DNA of 64,000 nt, from NCBI GenBank assembly GCA_963662545.2, contig CAXXLL010000002.1, positions 192,001-256,000 on the forward strand, given 5' to 3'. The notes under the pieces are model-generated. The model saw only the letters and a list, made by a program, of their open reading frames with translations, did not search any database and was not told the origin of the DNA. The position numbers and the translations under genes are program-made. Numbering within the stretch: position 1 is the first letter of the stretch; each line of letters begins with the position of its first letter. Shown in pieces: positions 1 to 10,961 of the stretch. Source of the DNA: Gammaproteobacteria bacterium (GTDB lineage Bacteria; Pseudomonadota; Gammaproteobacteria; Ga0077536).

Positions 1-68
1 ATCAACGCCGAATGCGACGCTGCGACGAAAACGGCGGATACCCACGACCACTGACGCGTTCGATCGCC

Positions 69-3000
69 ATGTTTGAACCCGCCGCGCGACCTAGCCCACT
101 CGACCCACCGCACCCGGGCGAACCCGGCGAGATCGGTCAATGGACGCGCCTCTTTGGCGCGGCGAAATCCGTTGTGATTGCCGCCGCCGCCGCCGCCGAT
201 CAAAACCGTCCGGTGGTCGTCATTGCGTCCGATACGGCAAGTGCGACCCGCTTCGAACGGGAGATCGCTTTTTTCGCCCCGGAATTACCGCGCTATGCAA
301 TTCCTGACTGGGAGACGCTCCCATACGATCGCTTCAGTCCGTACCAGGATATTATTAGCGAACGGATCGCGACCCTGATTCGGATGCCCTCGATCACCTA
401 CGGCGTGGTCATCATGGGGGTGCACACGGCGATGCACCGATTCGCGCCGCGCGAATGGATGGATGCTCGTGCATTCAGTCAGAATTCCGGTGATCAGCTG
501 GACCGCGTCGCTTTTCTCGCGAAGCTTGATGCGACCGGGTATCGCCGATGTGTGCAAGTGGCAGAGCACGGAGACTACGCGGTTCGCGGGTCCTTGATCG
601 ATGTTTTCCCGATGGGCGCGGATCAACCGTTTCGCATTGATCTCTTTGACGATGAAATCGAAACGCTGCGCTGCTTCGATGTCGAGACCCAACGCTCGAT
701 TTCCAACATCGATGCCATCGAACTAATGCCGGCGCGCGAGTTCCCGCTCGACGACAAAGCGATCAGAGAATTCCGCCGCGCCTGGCGCCTCGAATTCGAG
801 GGTCGCCCGCAAACCTGCTCCCTGTACGAAGACGTGTCGGCCGGTCTGGCGCCGGCCGGCATCGAATACTACCTGCCTTTGTTCTTCGATGAGCTTGCGC
901 TCGTCACGGATTACTTCCCGGGTAACGCGCTGGTAGTAATCGACGAAGGTGTAGAGACAGCGTCGGAACGTTTTCAGCACGCGATCCAGGAACGCTATGA
1001 AGCCCTGCGGCACGATAGCGAACGTCCGATCGTGGAACCATCGCGAATGTTTGTAGATTTCGACATCATCCTCGAAGCGCTGGCACCCTTTTCCTGCTTG
1101 ACAGTTAGCGGCATCGAACCGACGCGCGGCATGCACGATACGGAGTTCGCTGCGCACGCACCGGTGCAGGTTCCCGTCGACGCACGCGCCGCTGATCCTT
1201 TCGCTCTGTTGCGCGACTACACCGCGCGCGCGGACGGACGCATCTTGTTCCTGGTCGATTCGCCCGGCCGTCGTGAAACCCTGATGGAACTCTTTGCCGA
1301 GCAGCCGTTTCGGCCTCGTCCCTTCGAATCGTGGTCGGATTTTTTGCAGGCGGACGCGCCGGTCGGGATTACGGTGGCGCCCGTTGTTGAAAGCGCCGAA
1401 ATCGAAACGCCCCGGATCAGCTTACTGACCGAAGCGCAGTTGTTCGGCGAGCGTGCCGCACAAAGTAGACGCAAACGCCGCAGCGCTGCAGATAGCGAAG
1501 CAGTCATCAGAAATCTGACCGAGCTTCACGATGGTTCACCGGTCGTACACGAGCATCACGGGGTCGGTCGTTATCAAGGCCTCGAGGTATTGCACGTGGG
1601 CGGCATCACTAACGAGTTCATCAAGCTCGAATATGCCGACGGCGATATCCTCTACATACCTGTCAGTGGGCTCAACCTGATCAGCCGCTACTCGGGTGTC
1701 GACCCAGACCATGCGCCGCTGCACAAACTGGGTAGTGGGCAGTGGGACAAGGCACGCCGCAAGGCCGCCGAAAAAATTCGAGACGTGGCTGCAGAGCTGC
1801 TCGAGATCAATGCCAGGCGCGCAGCGCGCAAGGGTCATGCGTTCACGGTGGATCGAGGTGCCTACACCAGCTTTGAGCAGGCGTTTCCCTTCGAAGAAAC
1901 AGTCGATCAAATCAGTGCTGTCGAAGCCGTGTTCGATGATATGCAGAAGGAACAGCCCATGGACCGGTTGATCTGCGGCGACGTTGGGTTTGGTAAGACC
2001 GAAGTCGCAATGCGGGCTGCGTTCGTTGCGGTTAATGATGGCTTTCAGGTCGCCATCCTCGTGCCGACGACTTTGCTAGCGCGCCAGCATTACGAAACTT
2101 TCAAAGATCGCTTTGCAGACTGGCCGGTTCGCATCGAGCAGCTTTCGCGCTTTCAAGATTCCAAGACTGCGCGCGATGTACTCGCCGGCCTTGCTGACGG
2201 CAGGGTCGACGTCGTCGTCGGCACCCATAAATTGCTGGGAAAGGACGTCAGATTCAGGCGCATGGGCCTTTTGATAGTCGATGAAGAACATCGCTTCGGT
2301 GTGCGCCAGAAAGAGCAGATCAAGAAACTGCGTAGCGATGTCGATATTTTAACGCTCACCGCAACGCCGATCCCGCGGACCCTCAACCTGGCATTGGCGG
2401 GAACGCGCGAACTCTCGATTATTGCGACGGCACCGGCAAAACGTCTTGCCATCAAGACCTTTGTCAGAGAGTGGTCGGAACCGCTGGTGCGCGAAGCGAT
2501 TCTGCGCGAGATCGGACGCGGCGGGCAAGTGTACTTCGTGCACAACGAAGTCGAGAACATTGAGAAAATGGCGGATAAGCTACGCGAGATAGCGCCCGAA
2601 GCGCGCGTCGAGGTAGCCCACGGTCAAATGCGGGAGCGCGCGCTGGAGCAGGCCATGCTCGATTTCTATCACGGTCGGTGCAATGTGCTCTTATGTACGA
2701 CGATCATAGAATCCGGCATCGACGTGCCGAACGCGAACACCATGATCATCAATCGAGCGAACAAGTTCGGGCTCGCTCAACTCTACCAGCTTCGCGGTCG
2801 AGTCGGACGGTCGCATCACCGCGCATACGCTTACCTCGTGGTCCCGCATCGCAAGGAGATGACCGCCGACGCAGTCAAGCGACTGGAAGCCATTGAATCA
2901 CTAGAGGAACTCGGCGTCGGTTTTACCTTGGCCACGCATGACCTCGAGATTCGGGGCGCCGGAGAAATCCTCGGCGAGGACCAAAGCGGTCATATCCAGG

Positions 3001-3539
3001 AAATCGGGTTCGGACTGTACTCGGAGCTTTTAAGACGCACCGTTTTGGCGCTCAAATCGGGCCAGATCATTAATTTAGATGACGCGCTCGATGCACGCGT
3101 CGATATCGAATTGCATATTCCCGTGCTGCTGCCGGAGGACTATCTGCCGGACGTGCATGCGCGTTTGATTCTTTACAAGCGCATTGCGAGCGCGCGCGAC
3201 TCCGAAGAGCTTAACGATCTACGCGAAGAGATCATCGATCGGTTCGGCGTTTTCGGCAGCCCTGTCGACAACCTGTTTCGTGTAACATCGCTACGCCTTG
3301 ACGCTGAGCGTTTCGGAATTCGGAGAATCGATCTCGGCGGCAGGGGCGGCCGAATCGAGTTTCATTCAAATACCAGTATCGATCCGAGTAGCATCATCGA
3401 TCTCGTGCAGACCGACCCTGATTACCGCATGGATGGTGGCGAGAAATTACGGATCGTCAAAGAACTGCCCGATCGGGAGGCCAGGTTTGAAGAGCTGGCA
3501 TTTCTGTTTGAGCGATTTCGCCGTAGACATGCTGCTTAA
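69..3539 (+). CDS. mfd: Transcription-repair coupling factor Mfd
   Basis: PDWETLPYDRFSP N-terminal motif, CarD-like RID domain (VVHEHHGVGRY), SF2 motifs CGDVGFGKT, DEEHRFGV, TATPIPRT, QLRGRVGR and a TRCF C-terminus. ATG at 69 preferred over 12. Confidence 0.97.
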   Translation: MFEPAARPSPLDPPHPGEPGEIGQWTRLFGAAKSVVIAAAAAADQNRPVVVIASDTASATRFEREIAFFAPELPRYAIPDWETLPYDRFSPYQDIISERIATLIRMPSITYGVVIMGVHTAMHRFAPREWMDARAFSQNSGDQLDRVAFLAKLDATGYRRCVQVAEHGDYAVRGSLIDVFPMGADQPFRIDLFDDEIETLRCFDVETQRSISNIDAIELMPAREFPLDDKAIREFRRAWRLEFEGRPQTCSLYEDVSAGLAPAGIEYYLPLFFDELALVTDYFPGNALVVIDEGVETASERFQHAIQERYEALRHDSERPIVEPSRMFVDFDIILEALAPFSCLTVSGIEPTRGMHDTEFAAHAPVQVPVDARAADPFALLRDYTARADGRILFLVDSPGRRETLMELFAEQPFRPRPFESWSDFLQADAPVGITVAPVVESAEIETPRISLLTEAQLFGERAAQSRRKRRSAADSEAVIRNLTELHDGSPVVHEHHGVGRYQGLEVLHVGGITNEFIKLEYADGDILYIPVSGLNLISRYSGVDPDHAPLHKLGSGQWDKARRKAAEKIRDVAAELLEINARRAARKGHAFTVDRGAYTSFEQAFPFEETVDQISAVEAVFDDMQKEQPMDRLICGDVGFGKTEVAMRAAFVAVNDGFQVAILVPTTLLARQHYETFKDRFADWPVRIEQLSRFQDSKTARDVLAGLADGRVDVVVGTHKLLGKDVRFRRMGLLIVDEEHRFGVRQKEQIKKLRSDVDILTLTATPIPRTLNLALAGTRELSIIATAPAKRLAIKTFVREWSEPLVREAILREIGRGGQVYFVHNEVENIEKMADKLREIAPEARVEVAHGQMRERALEQAMLDFYHGRCNVLLCTTIIESGIDVPNANTMIINRANKFGLAQLYQLRGRVGRSHHRAYAYLVVPHRKEMTADAVKRLEAIESLEELGVGFTLATHDLEIRGAGEILGEDQSGHIQEIGFGLYSELLRRTVLALKSGQIINLDDALDARVDIELHIPVLLPEDYLPDVHARLILYKRIASARDSEELNDLREEIIDRFGVFGSPVDNLFRVTSLRLDAERFGIRRIDLGGRGGRIEFHSNTSIDPSSIIDLVQTDPDYRMDGGEKLRIVKELPDREARFEELAFLFERFRRRHAA

Positions 3540-4263
3540 GAAATACCTGTCCGTTGCGCTCGCCGCCGTGCTTCTGCTACCGGCTGCGGCGGCGGCACGG
3601 TGGTACCAGGTCGAGGTCGTCGTATTCCGACATCTCGAGGGGCTGAGCGCAGGCGGTGAAGCTTGGCCGGAACTTACAGATCTTCCCGAGTTCGGCCGCG
3701 CTATGGAATTGATCATCGATCTGCCCGAGATGTCCGACGAACCGCCGCCGCTGACAGAGGGTTTAGAAGCCGGACCGACTCCTATTGCATTCGAATTACT
3801 GAATAAAAAGGACCGCAAATTGAATGGCGTGGCGACTCGATTACGGAATAGTGGCGCGTATGAACCGCTGCTTTTCGCCGCCTGGCGTCAACCGAGTTTC
3901 GGCGTTGCGCGCGCCAAGCGGATTTATCTTTCTGACGTCTATCTCACGAGGCGCGGCCCGATCTTCACCGAATCAGATTCCGCGAACGGCGTTTCGGCCA
4001 TGGTGCCTCGTGCCGAGGGCGTGATCAGGGTCAAAGTCGGCCGTCTGCTCCATGTTGACGTGGACTTTCTTTATTACCATGAGGGTAGCCCGGTAAGACT
4101 GACCGAAACGCGCAAACTCAAACTACGGGAAATTCACTATTTCGATCACCCGCTGTTCGGCGTCATTCTTCAGGTATCCCCGTGGGTGCTGCCGCAGCTG
4201 GATCCGGAATCCGAGACCGATGGCCCTACAGAGGACCGGCTGTTAGACGAGGTCTCTTCGTAA
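3529..4263 (+). CDS. CsiV-family exported (peptidoglycan-binding-like) protein
   Basis: Signal peptide followed by WYQVEVVVF; C-terminal EIHYFDHPLFGVIL motif; overlaps the mfd stop, a common gammaproteobacterial arrangement. Confidence 0.75.
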   Translation: MLLKKYLSVALAAVLLLPAAAAARWYQVEVVVFRHLEGLSAGGEAWPELTDLPEFGRAMELIIDLPEMSDEPPPLTEGLEAGPTPIAFELLNKKDRKLNGVATRLRNSGAYEPLLFAAWRQPSFGVARAKRIYLSDVYLTRRGPIFTESDSANGVSAMVPRAEGVIRVKVGRLLHVDVDFLYYHEGSPVRLTETRKLKLREIHYFDHPLFGVILQVSPWVLPQLDPESETDGPTEDRLLDEVSS

Positions 4264-4270
4264 TCGGATC

Positions 4271-5011
4271 TCAGGCAAGCTTGCGGGTCAAAGCATCGAT
4301 TATTGAACGAAGCTTCACCATTCCTCGCGATAATTCACGCTCGATCGAAAGCATTGTGATCGGTTTAGAAGAACGGCCGGCGGCGGGATTGACGACGAGC
4401 GAGAGATTGGCGTAATCAATGCCGAGTTCGCGTGCGAGCGCGGCTTCCGGCATGCCCGTCATGCCGACGATGGTGCAGCCGTCTCGCTGCAGGCGATCGA
4501 TCTCCGCTGCGGTTTCGAGGCGCGGCCCCTGTGTCGTGCCGTATACCCCCGAGTCGAGCACCAGGACACCGGCCGATACTGCGGCCGCGACGAGTTTGGC
4601 ACGTAACGCGGAGGAATAGGGTTGAGCAAAGTCCACATGCTCCGGCCGCGGCTGGGAGCCATCGAAAAAAGTGTGTTCGCGATCACTGGTGTAATCGATC
4701 AACTGATCCGGGATGACCACGATCCCGGGTACGGCCTCGGTTGTGATACCGCCGACGGCCGCAGTGGCGACGATTGCTTCGGCGCCTAAATCGGCAAGCA
4801 CCCCGATATTTGCACGGTAATTAATTCGGTGAGGCGGTAGCTGATGCCCCGCGCCGTGCCGCGGCAGGAACAGCAATTCGACGCCGTTGAGCATGCTGGA
4901 CGTGACGGCGTCCGACGGCCTGCCCCAGGCGGTCATCATGCGGTGCGATTGGCCTGTTTCGAGCCCGGTAAATTCGTCGAGCCCACTACCGCCGATGACC
5001 GCGAGCTTCAT
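4271..5011 (-). CDS. mtnP: S-methyl-5'-thioinosine/thioadenosine phosphorylase
   Basis: IGGSG, LPRHG, PHRINYRANI, GPRLETAAE and VGMT motifs. The VVNPAAG motif suggests the inosine-specific type. Confidence 0.88.
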   Translation of the reverse strand: MKLAVIGGSGLDEFTGLETGQSHRMMTAWGRPSDAVTSSMLNGVELLFLPRHGAGHQLPPHRINYRANIGVLADLGAEAIVATAAVGGITTEAVPGIVVIPDQLIDYTSDREHTFFDGSQPRPEHVDFAQPYSSALRAKLVAAAVSAGVLVLDSGVYGTTQGPRLETAAEIDRLQRDGCTIVGMTGMPEAALARELGIDYANLSLVVNPAAGRSSKPITMLSIERELSRGMVKLRSIIDALTRKLA

Positions 5012-5571
5012 GCGGTCGTCTTGACGGCGAATATCCCGGCCGCATTGCGTAAATAAGTCTTGTAATCCATGCCGAATCCAAAAAGGTACTCGTCGGGCAG
5101 TGCCAGCCCGGAAAAATCCGTAGACTTAAGCCCCGCGCGGTTGCTGATATCTTTACTTACCAGTACGGCAGTCAACACTTTTTCGGCACCCAAACGCTCG
5201 CATTCGTCCACCACCGCCGCTAGCGTTATTCCGTGATCCAGCAGATCATCAATCACGAGTACGGTACGTCCTTTGACCGCCTCGGGCGGCTTCTTGATCC
5301 ACCGTAGGTCCCCGCCCGTCGTATCCATGCCATAGCGCGTCAGGTGCGTATAGTCGACTTGTAGCGGGAATTCGAGGCGCTGCAGAAGCATGGTCAGCGG
5401 CACGACGCCACCCGTCATTATGGCGAGCAGCAACGGATTGGCTTGGCTCAGATTTACGGTGATTTCGCGTGCCATGCGATCGACTGCGACGTTGATCTCC
5501 TCAGGAGCAGCCAGGCGGTGCGCGTTCGCACGCACCTCGCTTAGTTCCGGGGGAATACTCGGCTCATTCAT
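5008..5571 (-). CDS. hpt: Hypoxanthine-guanine phosphoribosyltransferase
   Basis: PRPP-binding VLVIDDLLDHGITL and YLFGFGMDY motifs; start inferred at MNEPS. Confidence 0.88.
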   Translation of the reverse strand: MNEPSIPPELSEVRANAHRLAAPEEINVAVDRMAREITVNLSQANPLLLAIMTGGVVPLTMLLQRLEFPLQVDYTHLTRYGMDTTGGDLRWIKKPPEAVKGRTVLVIDDLLDHGITLAAVVDECERLGAEKVLTAVLVSKDISNRAGLKSTDFSGLALPDEYLFGFGMDYKTYLRNAAGIFAVKTTA

Positions 5572-6439
5572 CGCATCGCCCCAGCGCCGTACGACCCGCC
5601 CAGTCACGGGCGAACTGATAAGCCGAGCGGCCGCTTCGAGATCCGTGAAGCAGCGCCCATTGCAGCGCAGCCTCGCGTACGGATTCAGATTCGAGTGAAT
5701 CGGCGCCAAGAACATTCAGCCAATGCATGGCGATGTCCAGGTATTTCTCCTGGTTTAGTGGATGAAAAGAAAGCCATATTCCGAATCGTTCAGACAGCGA
5801 GATCTTTTCTTCCACCGCTTCCGCTTGATGCAGTTCTCCGTCGACGATTCGAGCGCCCAGATTGTCGTTTTGATGTTCCGGCATGAGATGCCGGCGGTTG
5901 GAAGTCGCATAGATGACGATGTTTTCGGGGGTGTCCAATATCGATCCATCAAGCACCGATTTGAGCGCGCGGTAGGTCGCGTCGTTTTCGTCAAACGAAA
6001 GGTCGTCGCAATAGATCACGTAGCGTGATTCGGTGTCGTGAAGGCGGTCGACGATCTCGGGCAGATCGGTCAAATCCAGGCGATCGACTTCCACTAAATG
6101 GAGCCCCTCGGACGCGTAATCGTTTAACAGGGCTTTTACCAGCGATGACTTCCCCGTACCACGCGGGCCCCATAGAAGGGCGTTGTTAGCAGGCAGACCG
6201 GAGAGGAATTGTCGCGTATTGCGCACCAGGGCATCTTTCTGGCGGTCGATGTGCAGCAAGTCCGCGAGCGCGATGGGATTGAAACGCGTAATCGCCTGCA
6301 GCCGGCCACTGTGGCCGTTCGTCCTCCAGCGCCAGGCGATCGCATCTTCCAGTTCTTCGGCGCCAGATTGCGGTACTAATTGCTCGAGGCGATCGATGAG
6401 GTGTTCAGCCCGCTCGAAAAACTTGTCTGCCTTACTCAA
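5564..6439 (-). CDS. DUF815-family AAA+ ATPase
   Basis: NNALLWGPRGTGKSSLVKA, YCDDLSF, YATSNRRHLMPE and EEKISLSERFG motifs. TTG start inferred. Confidence 0.88.
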   Translation of the reverse strand: MSKADKFFERAEHLIDRLEQLVPQSGAEELEDAIAWRWRTNGHSGRLQAITRFNPIALADLLHIDRQKDALVRNTRQFLSGLPANNALLWGPRGTGKSSLVKALLNDYASEGLHLVEVDRLDLTDLPEIVDRLHDTESRYVIYCDDLSFDENDATYRALKSVLDGSILDTPENIVIYATSNRRHLMPEHQNDNLGARIVDGELHQAEAVEEKISLSERFGIWLSFHPLNQEKYLDIAMHWLNVLGADSLESESVREAALQWALLHGSRSGRSAYQFARDWAGRTALGRCDE

Positions 6440-6590
6440 TTCAACGATCCGGGGAATAAAAACGGGAGCTATTCTACTTGATTGACACAAGAGGCGAGTT
6501 CGAGGCGTGCTAATCTGAGACCATGGATTCGGCAAGAGGGCGGTGCGACGGCACCGGTCAGGCTGGCGTAAGCCCGGCGTCTAATAGAAG

Positions 6591-6621
6591 GTTGAAAAAC
6601 GGTTTCCCATCGTTTTTCAAC
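6591..6621. terminator. 11-bp stem hairpin downstream of cyaA (terminator-like or IS-end-like relic)
   Basis: GTTGAAAAACG-N9-CGTTTTTCAAC perfect inverted repeat, 11 nt after the cyaA stop. Confidence 0.5.
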
Positions 6622-6632
6622 AACCTGCTAAC

Positions 6633-9518
6633 TTATGAAGCCATTGCAACCCGGCCGTCGCTGGCGGCCTCGCGATTTAGGGCGCGGGTCAATTGGATTT
6701 CAAATCGCTTCTTGTAGTTCAACAGATCTAAGGGCCTCAGCGATTGGGCGCCAATTTGTTGTCTAAAGCGGGTCGAAAGGTCAAGGTCGGTGATGTAGAT
6801 AGGGTAACGTAACCCATTGCGGCGCCGCGCTTGAACGTACTCCGCGACCTCTATGAACAGCGAACCGCCATGCTCCCAGGTCGAAAATTCCCTGTTATTG
6901 CAATAAATAGTGAACTGCTGGTGACCATTAGAATCGGCGTCCGCAAGAACCTGCAAAGGTAGGTAGGCCGAAGTCGCGGCCAGATCGTCAAAGTAGGGTT
7001 TCAGTTGTACATCGCGATTATTGGGGACGATTTCTACCGTATCGATCGCTATCTCATCAATGGAATCCCCTTCTCCAGGCGACCCCGAGCAACGGGGTAG
7101 GGCTGATTCCAGAAACCGACGGTAGTGTTGTAAAAGTGCAGTAATCGAATAGCATTCCTGCACCTGCACCAGCAGGACGCCGCGTTCATCCAGCACGTAA
7201 ACATCGGCCCGCGCGCCGCGCCGCTGGGCGAAGATCTGTACCCGACCTTCGCGGTTATATGCGTAAATATCGGGCAATATACCGGCCATGCGGCAGCTGG
7301 AATCGAAGTGAAGCTTGTTGAAGCGATCGTCACACGGCTCTCCAAGCACACTGATGAGCGTCGCGTGGCCATGGTGAACATCGACCTTTGGTTTGCCGTT
7401 GGGAATGCTGATTCGGTGGAGTTGGTTTTCTATCTCAATGATGAAATGGGGTGTGCTTCGGTTCGAGTTGGTCGCCAGAAATCCAAGCGCGTCGTTGAAG
7501 GTGGTCGATACTCTTTCTTCGATCGCGGCGGCGTGATCCGATGTAAAACAACGCGCATCGATTCGGGGTGCGGTGAAAAGATCGCCGTGAGTCGGCAACC
7601 ATTGCAGACACTCGGCCAACGCTTCCAGCAACGCATTGGCACCTTCGTAGTGAAAGCAGAAGGTTTCCGACCAACTTGTGGTAAACACCAGGTCAATACT
7701 TCGAACGAGGTTGATCCGCCGGCCACCGAACTGAAACGCATCCGTACGATCGCTGGTCAGTACGCCGCCCGCAAACAGGGAACCGGAGAATGGATTGACG
7801 CCGATGTTTGCCAGGATTATCGCGTTCGTCAACCGCGGACGCGCGCTGAATTCGTGAGGCGCTGCATCGGTTTGGTGATTCGCGAAACTCGATTCGAGTG
7901 CGTCGATGATGCGTTTGATTTCGGGCGGGCTGAGTGCGCTTTCGTGGGTGAACAGATGCCAAAGCGTGTGCGGGCCGATCAATCGGTTCATGTGGCACCA
8001 CACTAGTATATCGGCGGCGGAACCGGTGCGTTTCATCGGCCGGTGTTGGTTGATGTCCTCTGGTTTGACCAGGCCCGTATAGAGCATCCAGGCTAGTTTT
8101 CCGTTGCCGAGCGAAACCTGGTGCAGGGACAGGCTGGGCTCCTGGGGATTGCTGCAGAACCCGCGGGTGAGCACTTCGATCTTAGCTGGCTTTTTCTCGA
8201 ACGCGGCATAGAGTTTACGCCCCAGTACGTGCAGATCGTGCTCTGTAATCTTGCGGTCGGTCGAATGATTACGCGCGAATTTCGATAGGGCTGCGTAGCT
8301 GTCCTTCAACGTATTGATAAGATCGCGCCGCTCCTCTATCGCCGCGTCGATGCGCCATCGATCGCTTTGATTAAGGCGTGCGATCTTGCTGGGCGGCCAA
8401 GCCCAGGCGTCTGTCATGGCCGTGAGGACTTCCAGGCGCCAATCGTCGGCGCCCGTAGTCGCCCGTTCGCCTATTTTAAGATTTGTCTTGAGATAGAAAC
8501 TCCGACGCAAGACGTCCAGGCGAACGGGATCGTTTTTTGCCAAGAGATAATCTTCAACCTTCTTGTACATCAATATGTAAGGGTCAACTGCATTGATGTC
8601 GACGTCGGTGGACTCGATGTTGTTTTTGTAATGATGGCTTAACAGTGTGATGTTCGGGTATTCAGCCGCATATGCCTCCATCAGTAAAAGCTTTAAAACC
8701 GATTTGTAGGGCGATTGAATGCTCTTGTACAAGTGCCATACGGCGGCGCCGAAAAACTCCTCCGCGGGAATACTGGAAAGGCCGCCGAAGTCGATGTAAT
8801 CGCGACTGTCGATGAGGCGTCTTTCGAACGCGTCCCGGACGAAATCGTCGTAGTCGGCGTCCCTGCTGGAAGGGACTCGCCACCACAGGGGTTTCAAACC
8901 GGCGACGAGAAGGCTCGAACGGTAGAATTCGTCCAACAGAAGATAATGCTGCGAACTCCCACTCGATTCGCTCGAAAGCGAAAGCGTTTCGCCGCGCCTG
9001 AGGCTTTCCGCATCAAACACGAAGAAATGCACTTCGAGGCCGATGTCTTCCGCGAACTCTTCGATCTTTAGTGACTTCTCTTTCAATTGTTCGGTCGCCT
9101 GCGGTTCGAGATCGGGGTCATGGCAAAGCCACATATCGAGATCACTCGCGCGCGAATAAGCTATCGTTCCCGGACTACCCATCATGTATACGCCGCGAAT
9201 CGGCAGCTTGGGCGCCGAGCGCCGATCGTATTCAAATGAGCGGCAGATACGTCTTGCAGTGCGAAGGGTCGATGACGACGGCATGTAATCGCATATCCCG
9301 AACGGTGTCGTCTTCGAAATGTAGCCAGGAAGCAGCGGGTGATTGATGTGAAATAGCACGGGCAGGATGTCGAGAAAATCCCTCTGCCTCGGCGTCAGGT
9401 TGATTTCGACCCGCCGCAGCCGGTCGCGGTTGATTGTCAGGAAGCGCTTTTCAGTGGTTTCGGCAGCTGCGGTTCGGGAATGTTTCGCATTCGTCCTCAT
9501 GCCGTCTAATAGCGGCAC
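6633..9518 (-). CDS. cyaA: Class I adenylate cyclase
   Basis: LPVLFHINHPLLPGY, GVYMMGSPGT, catalytic SDLDMW, LLLDEFYR and SPYKSVLKLLLMEAY motifs; YPIYITDLDLS C-terminus. Confidence 0.93.
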   Translation of the reverse strand: MPLLDGMRTNAKHSRTAAAETTEKRFLTINRDRLRRVEINLTPRQRDFLDILPVLFHINHPLLPGYISKTTPFGICDYMPSSSTLRTARRICRSFEYDRRSAPKLPIRGVYMMGSPGTIAYSRASDLDMWLCHDPDLEPQATEQLKEKSLKIEEFAEDIGLEVHFFVFDAESLRRGETLSLSSESSGSSQHYLLLDEFYRSSLLVAGLKPLWWRVPSSRDADYDDFVRDAFERRLIDSRDYIDFGGLSSIPAEEFFGAAVWHLYKSIQSPYKSVLKLLLMEAYAAEYPNITLLSHHYKNNIESTDVDINAVDPYILMYKKVEDYLLAKNDPVRLDVLRRSFYLKTNLKIGERATTGADDWRLEVLTAMTDAWAWPPSKIARLNQSDRWRIDAAIEERRDLINTLKDSYAALSKFARNHSTDRKITEHDLHVLGRKLYAAFEKKPAKIEVLTRGFCSNPQEPSLSLHQVSLGNGKLAWMLYTGLVKPEDINQHRPMKRTGSAADILVWCHMNRLIGPHTLWHLFTHESALSPPEIKRIIDALESSFANHQTDAAPHEFSARPRLTNAIILANIGVNPFSGSLFAGGVLTSDRTDAFQFGGRRINLVRSIDLVFTTSWSETFCFHYEGANALLEALAECLQWLPTHGDLFTAPRIDARCFTSDHAAAIEERVSTTFNDALGFLATNSNRSTPHFIIEIENQLHRISIPNGKPKVDVHHGHATLISVLGEPCDDRFNKLHFDSSCRMAGILPDIYAYNREGRVQIFAQRRGARADVYVLDERGVLLVQVQECYSITALLQHYRRFLESALPRCSGSPGEGDSIDEIAIDTVEIVPNNRDVQLKPYFDDLAATSAYLPLQVLADADSNGHQQFTIYCNNREFSTWEHGGSLFIEVAEYVQARRRNGLRYPIYITDLDLSTRFRQQIGAQSLRPLDLLNYKKRFEIQLTRALNREAASDGRVAMAS

Positions 9519-9650
9519 CGCAGGTGATTTCTCCAGTGGCGGAGGGCTTCGGCCACATCATTTCGGCGCCCGTGGGTCAGCCGGATAATCCCTGTAAATT
9601 CAACGTGTTTGGATTGTGTCCGGTGGCACGATCGTAGATAATTTCAAGCG

Positions 9651-10907
9651 ATGTTTTCCCGCACCGAGACGATTGCTGATTTCGACCCGGATCTTGCGCA
9701 CGCACTGAACGACGAACGAATGCGCCAGGAGACGCACATCGAACTCATTGCATCCGAAAATCACGCGAGCCCCCGGGTGCTCGAGGCGGCGGCGACGGTT
9801 TTGACTAACAAGTACGCGGAAGGTTATCCCCGCAAGCGTTATTACGGCGGCTGCGAACATGTCGACGTTGTGGAACAACTGGCGATCGACCGTGCCATGG
9901 AATTATTCGGCGCAGCCTACGCCAATGTGCAACCGCACTCCGGATCGCAGGCCAACGGTGCGGTTTATCTCGCCTTGCTTGAGCCCGGCGACACGGTACT
10001 CGGTATGAGCCTGGCCGACGGTGGTCACCTGACCCACGGCGCCGCCGTCAATTTTTCGGGCCGGATTTATCGCTCTGTACAATATGGCTTGAATGCCGAT
10101 ACCGGTGAAATTGATTACGACGAAGTAGTGAAACTCGCCCGCGAGCATAAACCCGGCATGATCATGACGGGCTTCTCGGCTTATTCCAGGGTCGTGGACT
10201 GGGCACGATTTCGTGAAATCGCCGATGAAGTCGGCGCTTATCTCGTTGCGGATATCGCGCATGTGGCGGGGCTGGTCGCCGTGGGTTTGTACCCTTCTCC
10301 GATCGACCTAGCCGACATCACGACCACGACGACGCATAAGACCCTGCGTGGCCCACGCGGCGGATTGATCCTCGGACGGTCGAACGAGGAATTGGAGAAG
10401 AAGGTTAATTCCGCAGTCTTTCCAGGCCTGCAGGGTGGGCCGTTGATGCACATCATCGCGGCGAAGGCCGTGGCTTTAAAGGAGGCGATGGAGCCCGGCT
10501 TTCTAGGCTATCAGGAACAGGTGATTACAAACGCACGCGCGATGGCGGGCACGTTCATGAGCCGTTCCTACGAGGTCGTCTCAGGGGGCACGGACAATCA
10601 TCTGTTTCTCGTCGATCTGGTGGCCAAGGATATGACCGGTAAGGCTGCTGACGCGGCCCTCGGCGCCGCGCATATCACAGTGAACAAAAATGTCGTGCCC
10701 AATGATCCGCAATCCCCGTTCGTCACGAGCGGCATACGAATCGGCACGCCGGCGATGACAACTAGAGGATTTAATGAAAGCGATGCGGCGGAGGTCGCGG
10801 GTTGGATGTGCGATGTACTAGATGCCATCGACGACGAAAACGTAATCAGAAGGGTGCGCGGCAAGGTGGAAGAAATCTGCGCGCAGCACCCAGTATACGG
10901 CGATTAA
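9651..10907 (+). CDS. glyA: Serine hydroxymethyltransferase
   Basis: [24 protein letters not shown]-lysine [14 protein letters not shown] and SGIRIGTPA motifs. Confidence 0.98.
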   Translation: MFSRTETIADFDPDLAHALNDERMRQETHIELIASENHASPRVLEAAATVLTNKYAEGYPRKRYYGGCEHVDVVEQLAIDRAMELFGAAYANVQPHSGSQANGAVYLALLEPGDTVLGMSLADGGHLTHGAAVNFSGRIYRSVQYGLNADTGEIDYDEVVKLAREHKPGMIMTGFSAYSRVVDWARFREIADEVGAYLVADIAHVAGLVAVGLYPSPIDLADITTTTTHKTLRGPRGGLILGRSNEELEKKVNSAVFPGLQGGPLMHIIAAKAVALKEAMEPGFLGYQEQVITNARAMAGTFMSRSYEVVSGGTDNHLFLVDLVAKDMTGKAADAALGAAHITVNKNVVPNDPQSPFVTSGIRIGTPAMTTRGFNESDAAEVAGWMCDVLDAIDDENVIRRVRGKVEEICAQHPVYGD

Positions 10908-10961
10908 CTGTTGACCTATTTACTGGACACCTGCCCATTTAAGACGTTACGGATAACTTGA

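Noticed and set aside
180-198. (GCC)6 tract in mfd as a contingency repeat
   Set aside because: In-frame Ala run in a GC-rich gene; length change would not switch expression.
6482-6516. TTGACA promoter antisense to cyaA
   Set aside because: No -10 at 16-18 bp spacing.
9519-9650. ZTP riboswitch upstream of glyA
   Set aside because: Conserved pfl-motif sequences are not recognisable.
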